Shown: positions 21,199-32,220 of the stretch, piece after piece
Layout: every line of letters starts with the position of its first letter
Position numbering within the stretch: position 1 is the stretch's first letter
DNA from: Thermodesulfobacteriota bacterium
GTDB taxonomy: Bacteria > Desulfobacterota_D > UBA1144 > Nemesobacterales > UBA2774
DNA length: 64,000 nt
Assembly: GCA_963422265.1 (NCBI GenBank)
Contig: OY729416.1
Span: 1,568,001 to 1,632,000 of the forward strand
Direction of reading: 5' to 3'
Position numbers and translations under genes: made by a program
Notes under the pieces: model-generated
The model's input: the letters and a program-made list of their open reading frames with translations, nothing else
What the model was told of the DNA's origin: nothing
The model's database searches: none

Positions 21199-21864
21199 TC
21201 ACAAGCGACCTCGCACGCTGCTAAGCAGAGCCTTTACGTTATTCGAGACGCTTCCATGCTTGTTATAAACGCTTGAGCCAGCAACAAGAATGGTGGCTCC
21301 TGCATCAACTACATCAGGCGCCGTTTTTACGTCTATGCCACCGTCAAGTCCGATTGGCACGTCAAGTCCTTGCTCTTCAAGCATGGACTTTAGGTCGCGT
21401 ATCTTGACCAACTGACTTTTTATAAACCTTTGTCCAGCAAATCCAGGGTTCACGCCCATAACCTGAACGAAGTCAGATAATTCAAGCACGCGTTCTATAG
21501 CACAGGCCGGCGTAGCAGGATTAAGCGTAACTCCCGACTCTACGCCTAATTCTTTTATTGATTGAAGCGTTCGGTGTAAACCGATGCAAGCTTCCTGATG
21601 CACTATTATTCTATCAGCACCTGCTTTCGCAAAGACCTCTATATGCCTTTCAGGTTCCATAATCATAAGGTGAACGTCTAGCTTTAGGTCCGTGATCCGT
21701 CTAATAGATGCGACTAACCCGGGCCCAAAATTTATGTTAGGCACAAAACGCCCATCCATAACGTCTATCTGAATAGAGGACAACCCTGCAGATTCAACTT
21801 CTTTCACCGCCTCACCTAGTCTGGTAAAGTCGGCGGACAATATAGAAGGCTCTACAATGACCAT
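21199..21864 (-). CDS. rpe: Ribulose-phosphate 3-epimerase
   Basis: PSILSADF, DVMDGRFVPN, VNPGFAGQ, DGG. Confidence 0.96.
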   Translation of the reverse strand: MVIVEPSILSADFTRLGEAVKEVESAGLSSIQIDVMDGRFVPNINFGPGLVASIRRITDLKLDVHLMIMEPERHIEVFAKAGADRIIVHQEACIGLHRTLQSIKELGVESGVTLNPATPACAIERVLELSDFVQVMGVNPGFAGQRFIKSQLVKIRDLKSMLEEQGLDVPIGLDGGIDVKTAPDVVDAGATILVAGSSVYNKHGSVSNNVKALLSSVRGRL

Positions 21865-21867
21865 CTC

Positions 21868-22593
21868 TTACGAGTCCATCCTTTTTTTATATCTTATTCC
21901 CTTTGACGTTGCTATTACGACCTCATCCGTAGTATCCAAGAATAATCCAAACTCCACTATACCAGCTTTTTGTCCTAGCTTAGCAGCCAACTCGTTGATA
22001 TCAGATATTGGTCCGAAATCACTGTCCAGAATATAATTGCTCTGATTTGTAGTATAAGGCTCACCGTTATTCTTAAGACGCAGCACTGGCTTAGAACCTA
22101 GCAGCCTAAGAAAATTAGAGACGGGCTCCCATGCGAATGGGATTACCTCCATTGGCACAGGGCAACGGGTGCCTAGCCTTGGAGATAATTTAGTCTCATC
22201 AACTATGATTATGTTCCGCTTGCTTGACTGAGCTAGCACCTTTTCTCTAAGTAGCGCTCCACCTCCCCCCTTTATTAAGTTGAGCTTAGGGTCAACCTCG
22301 TCCGCGCCGTCTATTGTTAGATCAATTCCTTGTTTCTGGTTAAAAGCAATTATTGGTATGCCTAGATTCCTAGACTGCTTCTCAGTATCAACTGAGCTAC
22401 AAATGCCTACTATATCCTTTAATCTTCCCTCCCTTAGCCGCCGCCCGATTTCTTCTAGTGCATAACGGGCAGTGCTTCCCGTCCCAAGACCCAACACCAT
22501 TCCCGGCTCAACAAAATCGACAACGCTTGCTCCAGCTTCTTTTTTAAGCGTGTCCTGGAGCTTATTCCTTCCATTGTTAGATGAAACTATCAA
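21868..22593 (-). CDS. rpiA: Ribose-5-phosphate isomerase A
   Basis: GLGTGST, DGADEVD, IKGGGGALLREK. Confidence 0.96.
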   Translation of the reverse strand: MIVSSNNGRNKLQDTLKKEAGASVVDFVEPGMVLGLGTGSTARYALEEIGRRLREGRLKDIVGICSSVDTEKQSRNLGIPIIAFNQKQGIDLTIDGADEVDPKLNLIKGGGGALLREKVLAQSSKRNIIIVDETKLSPRLGTRCPVPMEVIPFAWEPVSNFLRLLGSKPVLRLKNNGEPYTTNQSNYILDSDFGPISDINELAAKLGQKAGIVEFGLFLDTTDEVVIATSKGIRYKKRMDS

Positions 22594-22683
22594 ACAGTCC
22601 CCTCCTCATCAGTAAAGGATTTACCCCTTAAAACTTCTTTAATCCAAGAGCTTCGTCCGGATTGCACCATTCTTTCCTTAAGC

Positions 22684-25518
22684 TTATAAATTGTCCGTTA
22701 GTCTGTCTATCTCTTTCACAAAGTCATTTCCAAGATGGAGAGCGATAATATTTCTATTATTATTCAGTAAAGCCTGCCAATCACCCAAAGCCTGGGCAGT
22801 TTTCAACGTGCCGAAGCTGATTGACGAACCTTCCTTTCCAGCTTGGTCGGGTATAGGAAGATCTTCGGGCGTTTCCGATGAAAATTGGATAAAAAATCCA
22901 TTTCCCGCATCGCCCTTATGTAGCTGTCCGGTAGAATGAAGAAACGCGGGACCAAATCCCAAAGTAGTTGCCAGTCCGTAACTCGATCTGATCTTCGTTC
23001 GAAATTTCCGCATGGCATCAGAAATCTCCTGAGAAGGTTTTACAAAGGCTTGAAGAGCCACGTAGCTTCTGCCCTCAGACCCATTTCCACCATGTTCTGC
23101 TTGAGAAAGAAACTTTCGTAAGGCTTCCTCAATGCTACCGACCTTGAAGCTCGCGTAAACTTTAATACCGTCTTTTTGTAAGGTAGGTTTTATCTCCGGA
23201 AGCCTTCCACTTTTTCTGTACTCAGCGATCATACCTCTGGTAAGAACTTTAGTATCCTCCACGTTAGGCTGATTAAATGGATGAACGCCAATAATCATTC
23301 CCGCTATAGTGACTGCCATCTCCCATCTGAAGAATTCACCGCCAAGGTCATAGACGTCTTTCAGATTAATGCGCATGACAGGATGACCTGCGTCTTCGAT
23401 AGCATTAACTTTATCATCGTAAGTCTCATCAAGCCCAAGGCGTAGGTAAATGAAAAGCCTGTCTTCATTATAACTCTCAGGGGGACCTATACTCTCTTTA
23501 TTTATAGGGAGGATTCCTTTACCACTCTTTCCTGTGCTTTCCGCTATTAGCTGCTCAGCCCACGCGTTAAAACTTTCTATTGGCGGTGAGGTTATAAGAG
23601 TTACTTTGTCACGTCCGGATTTAGCGAGCTCGCCTAGTATAGCTCCGAACCATGCGCCCGAACAGTCACCCTGAGCTTCACGGCCATGCCCTCTCCGATA
23701 TCTTCCATTGTCATGCATCATCCTATTAGCCCGCTTCAATAGAAGTGGAACGTTCACCCCTTGCAATGCCGCAGGAACAATTCCTACAAACGAGAGGGCA
23801 GAATATCTCCCACCAATATTAGGATCGTTCAGGAAGGTCTTTCTAAATTTGAGTGACTTGGCAAGCCTTTCGAGCCCGCTGCCGGGGTCCGTGATAGCAA
23901 TAAAGTGTGCTCCCGCCTCTTCCCCAACCCCTTCTAGTGCCTCGTTATAAAAATATTTCATGCAGGAAAGCGTTTCGGTTGTGGACCCTGATTTAGTCGA
24001 GATAATAAACAGGGTTTTGGTTAAGTCGAGCCGTCTCCTATGCTCAAGCACCGCATCCGGATCTATGCTGTCAAGAACAGCCACGTCTAGGTACCCATCT
24101 TTAACCCCATAGACGTCGCTTATAACTCTAGGCGCCAAGCTTGATCCTCCCATACCTAGCAAAAGGACATCGGTATAGCCATCTTTAATAACCTGATCAA
24201 CCACAGCGTTAATGTCTGTAAGAGCTTTTTGCATTACTTCAGTAATACGTAGCCAGCCCAACCTGTTGGTTATCTCGGCTGGCTCCTCTCCCCAAACAAG
24301 GTAGTCAAGATTCCAAATTCTCTGAATAACGTTGTTGTCTCGTATTTTTCCCAAAGCATTGTCAATCAACGGTTGAAACTTTCCGAGATTCGCGGAGTAA
24401 GTCTCTTTATCAACAAGTGCGCTCTCTCTTTTCTCTTGGATGGCTAACATAAGTGCTCTGAAAGAATCAGAGAATTTCTTAACGCCATCTTCAAGCAAGT
24501 AATCAGTTATAGATTCTAAATCAATCCCCAACTCCGCAAGCTCCGACAGATGCCCTTTCGCCTGCTCTATCCCCTTTGTAAGGGTGATTTCTGGCTTGCC
24601 GTGATCCCGAAAGTTTTTATAGGTGGACGGAGGAACGGTGTTGACCGTATTGGGTCCTATAAGTTCATCCACGTAGAGCGTATCGGGATAAGTGGGGTTC
24701 TTTGTGCTGGTGCTCGCCCATAGAAGCCTTTGCGGTCTCGCCCCTAAATCGGCTAGGCACTCCCATCTGGGACCGTCAAAAATCTTTCTATATTCGTCAT
24801 AGGCTAGCTTAGCGTTGGCTACGGCGATTTTACCTTGCAGCCCATGGTTACCTATCTTTTGCAGCTCGGCATCCACGGCGCTGTCTATTCTACTTACGAA
24901 GAATGATGCGACTGAAGCAATCTGATTTACTTTACCCCCCTTAACAACTGAGGGTCCCTCCGCAGCAAGTCTTTCAACTCCTTTCATATAAGCTACTGCT
25001 ACGTCTTTATACTGCTTGACGCTAAACATCAAAGTAGCGTTAACGTTTATTCCTGAGGCTATTAGCTCCGTGATAGCAGGTATGCCAGCGCGTGTTGCGG
25101 GTACTTTAATCATCACGTTAGGACGAGCCAGCGCAGTGAAGTATCTCTTTGCCTCTTTAATGGTGCCTTCAGTATCATTAGCCAGCGTCGGACTTACCTC
25201 AAGGCTGATAAATCCATCGGATCCATTCGTTTCTCTATACAGCGGTCCAAACTCGTCGGCGGCTAAAGCAATATCTTTAAGCACAAGGGCTTCATATATT
25301 TCCTCAACGGACTTATTACTTCTGATAAGAGTTTTAACCTCTTCGTCATAGTCCGAGATATCCGCAATGGCTCTTTCAAGGATAGAGGGATTAGAAGTCT
25401 CTCCCCTTAGCCCTTCGTCAATCAGCGCTTTTAGCTCCCCATTAATAATAAAAGAACGTCCTATGTAGTCATACCAGATTGATTGCCCCAGTTTGGTTAG
25501 CTCACTGATTTTAGACAT
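22684..25518 (-). CDS. Bifunctional transaldolase / glucose-6-phosphate isomerase
   Basis: N-terminal TSNPSI, MIKVPAT, LLWASTS; C-terminal GMGGSSL, GGRYSALS, QLIAESTGK, HSTGQLHKG. Confidence 0.93.
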   Translation of the reverse strand: MSKISELTKLGQSIWYDYIGRSFIINGELKALIDEGLRGETSNPSILERAIADISDYDEEVKTLIRSNKSVEEIYEALVLKDIALAADEFGPLYRETNGSDGFISLEVSPTLANDTEGTIKEAKRYFTALARPNVMIKVPATRAGIPAITELIASGINVNATLMFSVKQYKDVAVAYMKGVERLAAEGPSVVKGGKVNQIASVASFFVSRIDSAVDAELQKIGNHGLQGKIAVANAKLAYDEYRKIFDGPRWECLADLGARPQRLLWASTSTKNPTYPDTLYVDELIGPNTVNTVPPSTYKNFRDHGKPEITLTKGIEQAKGHLSELAELGIDLESITDYLLEDGVKKFSDSFRALMLAIQEKRESALVDKETYSANLGKFQPLIDNALGKIRDNNVIQRIWNLDYLVWGEEPAEITNRLGWLRITEVMQKALTDINAVVDQVIKDGYTDVLLLGMGGSSLAPRVISDVYGVKDGYLDVAVLDSIDPDAVLEHRRRLDLTKTLFIISTKSGSTTETLSCMKYFYNEALEGVGEEAGAHFIAITDPGSGLERLAKSLKFRKTFLNDPNIGGRYSALSFVGIVPAALQGVNVPLLLKRANRMMHDNGRYRRGHGREAQGDCSGAWFGAILGELAKSGRDKVTLITSPPIESFNAWAEQLIAESTGKSGKGILPINKESIGPPESYNEDRLFIYLRLGLDETYDDKVNAIEDAGHPVMRINLKDVYDLGGEFFRWEMAVTIAGMIIGVHPFNQPNVEDTKVLTRGMIAEYRKSGRLPEIKPTLQKDGIKVYASFKVGSIEEALRKFLSQAEHGGNGSEGRSYVALQAFVKPSQEISDAMRKFRTKIRSSYGLATTLGFGPAFLHSTGQLHKGDAGNGFFIQFSSETPEDLPIPDQAGKEGSSISFGTLKTAQALGDWQALLNNNRNIIALHLGNDFVKEIDRLTDNL

Positions 25519-25519
25519 T

Positions 25520-27547
25520 TTATTTTTCCATATTCAATACGTCTTTCGCTTTGTCAACAACGTGCTTAACTGTAAATCCGAACTCGCGCCATATCTCCGC
25601 CACGGGCGCCGATTCTCCAAAAGTATCCACGCCTATTACTGCCCCTTTATCACCGATGTATTTACTCCAGCCCAAGGTTGAGCCTGCTTCAACGGATACC
25701 CTCGCTTTAACCGAAGAGGGCAAGACCTCTTCCCAATAATCTTGCCCCTGTTTTTCGTAAAGAGACCAGCATGGCATACTCACCACTCGGGCTTTAATCC
25801 CCTGATTTTTTAACTCCTCATAGGCTCCGAGGCATAATTGAACCTCAGAACCGGTCCCTATTAGTATAACGTCAGGCATTCCTTCGGCATCGGCTATTAC
25901 GTATGCACCCTTTAACGATGCGTCAGCCGGGGCGTATTCAGTTCGGTCAATCGTGGGCACGTTTTGACGAGTAAGAATAAGGGCTACGGGGTGGTCTTTT
26001 ACCTCCATAACGTGCTTCCACATGACTCTAAGCTCATTGGCGTCGGATGGTCTGATTACGTCTATATTAGGCATAGCTCTTAGCGAGGCGAGGTGCTCTA
26101 TAGGCTGGTGGGTTGGTCCGTCCTCGCCCAGACCTATGCTATCGTGCGTAAATATATAAATAACGGGAATCCGCATCAGGCAAGATAACCTTATAGTTGG
26201 TCTCATGTAATCGGAGAAAACAAAATAAGTAGAAGAGTAGGCTCTCAACTTACCTAAAACCATACCGTTAACAACGGTCGCCATAGCGTTTTCTCTGACG
26301 CCAAAGTGGAAGTTCCTCCCACTATACGCGTTCTTTGCGAAGCTGTCGGTTTCACTAAGATAAGTTTTCGTTGATGATCCGACGTCCGCCGCACCACCCA
26401 AAAGCCAGGGAATATTCTTGCCAATTGCGTTTAATATCTTGCCGTTTGAGCTCCTGGTAGCTGTTCCCCTAGGATCAGCCGAAAAAGATGGTAAACACTT
26501 CTCCCAGTCTTTCGGTATCTCTACGTTGTCAATCATCTTAAACTGCTTTGCCAAATCAGGGTATTCAAGCTCATACCTAGAAAACATCTTGTTCCACTCG
26601 TGCTCGGCGCACTTACCCCTCTCTAGTATCTCTTTTCTGTATTTACTTATCTCGTCAGGAACGTAGAAACTTTCTTCCACACCCCACCCGTAGTTAATTT
26701 TAGTCTTTTTGATTTCATCCTCTCCTAAGGGTTCTCCATGCGCGGATGAAGTATCTTGTTTATTGGGACTTCCATAACCGATGTGACTATCCACTATTAT
26801 AAGGGAGGGTTGTCCTTCCTTTCTCAATGCTCCGTCTAGTACTTCTTCAAGAAGTGCTAAGTTATTAGCATTTCCTACGTGCCTCACGCTCCAGTTATAC
26901 GCCATGAATCTGGCAGCTACGTCCTCACTAAATGCAAGCCCTATATTTCCCTCGATGGTTATACGGTTGCTATCGTAAATCCAGATTAGGTTGTCAAGTC
27001 CTAGGTGACCTGCTAGTGAAGCGGCTTCGCTAGAAATTCCCTCCATCATACAGCCGTCGCCACCTAGCGCGAAAACGCTGTAGTTGATTAGCTCGTGGTC
27101 GGGGCGGTTAAAATAAGCCGCAAGCCACTTCTCAGCAATTGCCATTCCTACAGAGGTGGCGTAGCCCTGCCCCAGGGGTCCGGTTGTGCTCTCAACTCCG
27201 GGTGCTAAACCATATTCGGGGTGACCTGCACACTTGCTATGCAGCTGCCGAAACGTTTTTAGATCATCCAGAGACACGTCAAAGCCGGTAATGTGAAGAA
27301 TACTATATAAAAGCATGGACGCATGACCTGCTGAAAGCACAAAGCGGTCTCGGTTGGGCCAATCAGGATTCTCAGGATTGAACCGCATAAACTTATCCCA
27401 GACGGAGTATGCTACCGGAGCCATCGACATGGGGGTTCCGGGGTGACCCGAGTTAGCCTTCTGCACGGCGTCCATAGAAAGGGTCCTTATCGTGTTGATA
27501 ATTAGCTGTTCAAGCTCACTTCGCTTCGTCGTCGGCTTAGCCTCCAT
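25520..27547 (-). CDS. tkt: Transketolase
   Basis: SGHPG, GDGCMMEG, THDSIGLGEDGPTHQP. Confidence 0.97.
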   Translation of the reverse strand: MEAKPTTKRSELEQLIINTIRTLSMDAVQKANSGHPGTPMSMAPVAYSVWDKFMRFNPENPDWPNRDRFVLSAGHASMLLYSILHITGFDVSLDDLKTFRQLHSKCAGHPEYGLAPGVESTTGPLGQGYATSVGMAIAEKWLAAYFNRPDHELINYSVFALGGDGCMMEGISSEAASLAGHLGLDNLIWIYDSNRITIEGNIGLAFSEDVAARFMAYNWSVRHVGNANNLALLEEVLDGALRKEGQPSLIIVDSHIGYGSPNKQDTSSAHGEPLGEDEIKKTKINYGWGVEESFYVPDEISKYRKEILERGKCAEHEWNKMFSRYELEYPDLAKQFKMIDNVEIPKDWEKCLPSFSADPRGTATRSSNGKILNAIGKNIPWLLGGAADVGSSTKTYLSETDSFAKNAYSGRNFHFGVRENAMATVVNGMVLGKLRAYSSTYFVFSDYMRPTIRLSCLMRIPVIYIFTHDSIGLGEDGPTHQPIEHLASLRAMPNIDVIRPSDANELRVMWKHVMEVKDHPVALILTRQNVPTIDRTEYAPADASLKGAYVIADAEGMPDVILIGTGSEVQLCLGAYEELKNQGIKARVVSMPCWSLYEKQGQDYWEEVLPSSVKARVSVEAGSTLGWSKYIGDKGAVIGVDTFGESAPVAEIWREFGFTVKHVVDKAKDVLNMEK

Positions 27548-27839
27548 TGCCAATCCCCTTGGAATGATTTTTATCCTTGAGATGAGTATTTATGAAACAT
27601 GTTAATTTATCGTTAAGAGTCAACAAATTAATAAGCTGTAGATGTTGTTTTCAATTATTTGGGGAGTATGCAAAATTACGATAATCAGCAGAACAACCCG
27701 CTAGTATCAAGAAAACGCCATATCCACAAACTTCATGGCTCATAAGTATTACCGTTCCTCAGTCCGTATTCGTTTATTCGGAGTACTAATAATGTTTATT
27801 GTAATTTACGTTTGAGCTTTTTCAAGAAAAGCCACGGAG

Positions 27840-28613
27840 CTAAAGTTCAACGGCGAGCGCTGCTCCTACAATACCAGCATTATTAAGCATTTCTGCAGGC
27901 GCTATATCAGCAGTTACGTCTAAATACTCAAAGAATTTATCTGAATGTTTGCTAACCCCTCCACCTATAATGAATAAATCTGGAGAAACGAGTTTTTCCA
28001 CAGCTTGCAAATACTTGTTAACCCTTTCACCCCATTTTTTCCAGCTCAGTCCTTCCCGCTTCCTTCGACTTGCCGCCGCTCGCCTCTCAGCATCCTTGCC
28101 ATCTATCTCAATATGACCTAATTCCGTGTTACTAACTAAATGTCCATCAACAAAAAGCGCGGTTCCTATTCCCGTTCCGAGAGTAATCATTAGCACAACC
28201 CCGCCGCCGTGACAGTTATGCTTCCTGCCTGCTCCAAACTTCATCTCGGCAAGCCCTGCCGAGTCAGCATCGTTTATTGCAACCACTTTGCGAGAAGACG
28301 TGCTCTCAATCGCTTTCTGAACGTTTATACCAATCCATTCCTGGGAAAGATTAGCGGTGAAATGAACATTGCCATCGCATTTGATTACTCCTGGAAAACC
28401 GCACCCTATACGCCCCTGCCACTTCCAGCGTTCAATAAGTTCTTCAAGCACAGAAAAGATAGCTGCTGGCTTTGGAGGCTGAGGAGTAGCGATACGAAAT
28501 CTCTCGTCAAGTAAAAACCCCTTCATTATATCAACGGGGGCGGCTTTAATTCCCGTTCCTCCGATATCTATTCCGAGGACGCCAGGTTCCACGTCAATAT
28601 TTTTCTTAACCAT
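27840..28613 (-). CDS. ppgK: Polyphosphate glucokinase (ROK family)
   Basis: [37 protein letters not shown]. Confidence 0.85.
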   Translation of the reverse strand: MVKKNIDVEPGVLGIDIGGTGIKAAPVDIMKGFLLDERFRIATPQPPKPAAIFSVLEELIERWKWQGRIGCGFPGVIKCDGNVHFTANLSQEWIGINVQKAIESTSSRKVVAINDADSAGLAEMKFGAGRKHNCHGGGVVLMITLGTGIGTALFVDGHLVSNTELGHIEIDGKDAERRAAASRRKREGLSWKKWGERVNKYLQAVEKLVSPDLFIIGGGVSKHSDKFFEYLDVTADIAPAEMLNNAGIVGAALAVEL

Positions 28614-28733
28614 AATAAAGTTCCTGTGTAAGCTGCGCTTTTTAATTCTACACTAATCATAATCCACGTTGAAAAATCACGTGGTAAAGCTTTACATATT
28701 AGCGGTCTATTTCATTCATGCTATACTCATGCC

Positions 28734-29447
28734 GTGGGTAAAGCTGCATTAGTAACCGGTGGAAGCAAACGGCTAGGAAGAGCTATATCTCTTTACCTCG
28801 CTCGTAGAGGGTACGATATAGCCATTCACTACAACCAATCAAGTGCCAATGCTAAAGAAACCGCTAGTATAATTAAAGAAAAAGGCGGAAAGTGCAAAAT
28901 TTTTCAGTCGGACTTAAACGATGTAAAACAAGCTCGCGTCCTTGCTCTGGAGGTGCTCGAAGCTTTTCCACGATGCGCTATCCTCGTGAACAGCGCGTCA
29001 GTATTTGAAAACATAGGTTTTCACGAAACTACGGAGGAGACGTTTGATAGAGATTTTAACGTTAACTTTAAGTCCCCCTTTTTTCTCTCACAAGATTTTA
29101 GTAAAGGATCGGGTGCAAAACTAATTATCAACATGCTGGATACGCGAGTTAACAAAACTGAGACAGCTTACTTTACCTATAACCTTAGTAAGAAGGTGTT
29201 TAGGGACTTTACCCTTGCGGCGGCTAGATCGCTCGGCCCAAAAATCAGGGTGAACGCCATATGTCCAGGAGCTATCCTTCCACCACCAGATAAAGGCGTT
29301 GAGTATATCGAGAAGATGACGAGGCGCATTCCACTTCAATCACCGGGTGATCCAAATCACGTAGTCACTGCGGTAAAATACATACTGGACAATCCCTTTG
29401 TTACTGGAGAATGTCTATTTGTCGATGGAGGTGAGCGTCTCACTTAA
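28734..29447 (+). CDS. SDR oxidoreductase, pteridine reductase/FolM-like
   Basis: TGGSKRLG, NSAS, YNLSK; next to folB and folK. Confidence 0.85.
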   Translation: MGKAALVTGGSKRLGRAISLYLARRGYDIAIHYNQSSANAKETASIIKEKGGKCKIFQSDLNDVKQARVLALEVLEAFPRCAILVNSASVFENIGFHETTEETFDRDFNVNFKSPFFLSQDFSKGSGAKLIINMLDTRVNKTETAYFTYNLSKKVFRDFTLAAARSLGPKIRVNAICPGAILPPPDKGVEYIEKMTRRIPLQSPGDPNHVVTAVKYILDNPFVTGECLFVDGGERLT

Positions 29448-29458
29448 CTCTTAAAACC

Positions 29459-29806
29459 ATGATAATAAAGATTGAAAACCTAAGGCTAAAGACCATTGTC
29501 GGCATTTACAAATGGGAAAAGAAAATCAAGCAAGACGTTATAATAAACGTTGAGATGGAATTTGATGGCTCAAAAGCAGTAGAAACGGATAACATCAAGG
29601 ATACGGTTGATTACAAGACTATAACAAAAAAAATAATAGCGATGGTAGAGGAAAGGGAATTTAATCTTATTGAAAGGATCACGGGCGAAGTTATGAATAT
29701 AGTCACGGAAAATGAAAGGGTAAGAAGAGCTATTGTAAAAATTGATAAGCCCGGGGCGATTCGATTCGCTGACTCCGTCTCCGCTACGCACATTATGAAA
29801 CGCTAG
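29459..29806 (+). CDS. folB: Dihydroneopterin aldolase/epimerase (FolB/FolX family)
   Basis: VGIYKWE, DTVDY, LIE, KPGA. Confidence 0.88.
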   Translation: MIIKIENLRLKTIVGIYKWEKKIKQDVIINVEMEFDGSKAVETDNIKDTVDYKTITKKIIAMVEEREFNLIERITGEVMNIVTENERVRRAIVKIDKPGAIRFADSVSATHIMKR

Positions 29807-29821
29807 TCTAAATTCAAGGCT

Positions 29822-30223
29822 ATGAAGCTGAACAAAGTAGTGATAGGGATAGGATCAAATATTAATCCTGATAAGAACGTCGAACGGGCTAAGTATGCAA
29901 TAGCGCAAACGCACAAGCTCGTAAAGACCTCAAGATTCGTCAAGACCAAACCCGTTGGTTATGAAGATCAAGACAGCTTTATCAATGGTGCCTTGCTTAT
30001 AGAAACTTATATGGACATTGCTACTATAAAGTCATGGCTAAAGGGCTTAGAAATACGGTTAGGAAGAATCAAAACTGACAATAAAAACGGACCCAGAACG
30101 ATTGATCTTGACGTGTTATTATGGAACGGCACAGTAATTGACAGGGACGTCTATGAGAGAGAATTTTTGCAAATATCTATAAAGGAGCTGCTTCCGGATG
30201 CTCCCCTCATGCATTCCGCATAA
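29822..30223 (+). CDS. folK: 6-hydroxymethyl-dihydropterin pyrophosphokinase
   Basis: GIGSNI, GPRTIDLDVL. Confidence 0.93.
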   Translation: MKLNKVVIGIGSNINPDKNVERAKYAIAQTHKLVKTSRFVKTKPVGYEDQDSFINGALLIETYMDIATIKSWLKGLEIRLGRIKTDNKNGPRTIDLDVLLWNGTVIDRDVYEREFLQISIKELLPDAPLMHSA

Positions 30224-30234
30224 TATGCCTGGAG

Positions 30235-31956
30235 CTATTCGTAACTCTGTATGTTATATAAGCCTGAATAAATTCCATCATTAGCCATAAGGCTCTCGTG
30301 CCTTCCCATCTCAACCAGAATTCCCTTTTCAAATACAGCGATCGAATCAAAACTGCTTATAGATGGGACGCGGCTAGATATGACTAAAAGTGTTCTACCC
30401 CTCATTTCTCTCCTTAGGTTTCTAAGAACTAGGCTCTCGGTCTTAAAATCCAGTGAAGAAAACACGTCATCTAGTATTAGCACTCTTGGCTTCATAAGAA
30501 TCGCCCTTGAGAGTGCTATCCTTTGCCTCTGCCCGCCCGAAAGGCTAAGCCCCCTCTCTCCGACAATGGTGTCAAACCCTCCTGGAAATGCGATTATCTC
30601 CTCATATATGCTCGCTACCTTCGCAGCGCCCTCAATATCCGAATCCTTAACACTGGGATTCATAAATGCGATATTATCTCTTATTGTTCCGCTAAATACC
30701 GTAGTCTCTTGGGGAACGTAAACTATCCCGTTTCGCAAAGCCACCTTTTTTATCTTTTTTACATCTATTCCATCAATGAATAAGGAGCCTTCCGGAGGTT
30801 CTTTGATCCTCGTAAGAAGATGAATAAGAGTGCTTTTTCCCGAACCAGTTCTCCCAGTAATACCTACCATTTCTCCCGCGGGAATCTTAAATGACACGTC
30901 CTCTAATATCCTTTTACCGTTATAAGAAAAGTTGAGATTCTTAATTTCGATACTGCCGCGAACGTTGTGGTCTATCAGCCCCGGCTCGAGAGGGAATTTT
31001 GGTTTTATCATAAACACGTCGTTTATTCTATTTAAGGAGGCATTCCCACGTTTCATTATATCAACTGCCCACCCCATCGCCATCATAGGCCAGGTAAGCA
31101 TCGTCAGATAAACGAGTATGGCAGCAAAATCACCTAACGTTACACCAAGAGTAATAGTGCTTATTCCACCAATCCACAGGAAGATAGCCGTCGTGCTAGC
31201 TGCGAAAAAAGTTATTATCGGCTGATAAACTCCCCATATCTTAATTAAATGTAGATTCCTACTAAGGTAGTCTTCACTTGACCTCTCAAAATCCCTTTCT
31301 TCATTCTTTTCCCTCACGAACGCTTTAACAACCTTGATTGCCGATACCGATTCTCTAGCGCTTTCGGTAAGCGTTGAGAATGAATCCTGCACGCTCTGGA
31401 ATCTTTTCTCAATCATCTTTCCGAACTTATATATGATAAAGCCCAGCAATGGGAATGGTATGAAGGCATATAGGGTAAGTTCTGGCGAGATATAAAACAT
31501 GGCACAGAAGATAAAAATCAAAAGGAATACCCCGTCATAGGCGATAAGCACGCCTAAACCGCAAGCGAACTTTAACGTCTCTATGTCATTTACGGTATGA
31601 GCCATTAGGTCGCCGACTTTCCTTTCTGAAAAGAAGTCGAAATTAAGGCTCTGAAGGTGCGCGAAGAAATCATTTCTGACAGACTGCTCTATTTTTCTGG
31701 CTGAACCCATTATAAAGTAACGCCACGCAAATCTGAAGATCGACATCACTATGGCAATACCTATAATAACAAGCCCAAGTTGGCTTATACTATCAGCATC
31801 CGCGTTTTCCAACGTGAGAATGTCAACGATCCACTTAATCACAAGTGGGATTGAAAGCTGGCAAATATCTACGACGGAAAGCGCAAGTAGTCCCGCTAGA
31901 AATGAATATCTATAATTTAGTAGTAATGATAAGAGGGTCCTTTTTTTACTCATCAC
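30235..31956 (-). CDS. ABC exporter, fused permease/ATPase
   Basis: TM domain plus GRTGSGKST, LSGGQRQR, ILDD. Confidence 0.92.
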   Translation of the reverse strand: MMSKKRTLLSLLLNYRYSFLAGLLALSVVDICQLSIPLVIKWIVDILTLENADADSISQLGLVIIGIAIVMSIFRFAWRYFIMGSARKIEQSVRNDFFAHLQSLNFDFFSERKVGDLMAHTVNDIETLKFACGLGVLIAYDGVFLLIFIFCAMFYISPELTLYAFIPFPLLGFIIYKFGKMIEKRFQSVQDSFSTLTESARESVSAIKVVKAFVREKNEERDFERSSEDYLSRNLHLIKIWGVYQPIITFFAASTTAIFLWIGGISTITLGVTLGDFAAILVYLTMLTWPMMAMGWAVDIMKRGNASLNRINDVFMIKPKFPLEPGLIDHNVRGSIEIKNLNFSYNGKRILEDVSFKIPAGEMVGITGRTGSGKSTLIHLLTRIKEPPEGSLFIDGIDVKKIKKVALRNGIVYVPQETTVFSGTIRDNIAFMNPSVKDSDIEGAAKVASIYEEIIAFPGGFDTIVGERGLSLSGGQRQRIALSRAILMKPRVLILDDVFSSLDFKTESLVLRNLRREMRGRTLLVISSRVPSISSFDSIAVFEKGILVEMGRHESLMANDGIYSGLYNIQSYE

Positions 31957-32220
31957 AATAAATCCGTTGTAGTCTAGCAGCTTTGTTATAGACCTTAATG
32001 TATATTGTATCGCATCATCTGATTGATTAGAGTCACGTATATTATATGAGGATGAGAGCTGGCTGCTTACTCAGCCCACACTGGGAGAGCGGCTGGGCTA
32101 TACTGCTTTCCTAGTGTGGCGTGCGCCGCCGGGGGAATGACTATAGGCGCACGCCATAAGCACGCCATAATGAGTGGATGGAGAACAGCACTACTGGCTA
32201 ACTGATCGTATAATCCCAAT

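Noticed and set aside
22684-25518. Transaldolase-PGI fusion as a novelty
   Set aside because: Already a well-known bifunctional enzyme family.
32040-32220. tRNA, ZTP or cobalamin riboswitch
   Set aside because: No cloverleaf or T-loop, and the conserved riboswitch cores are absent; kept only as an unclassified candidate.
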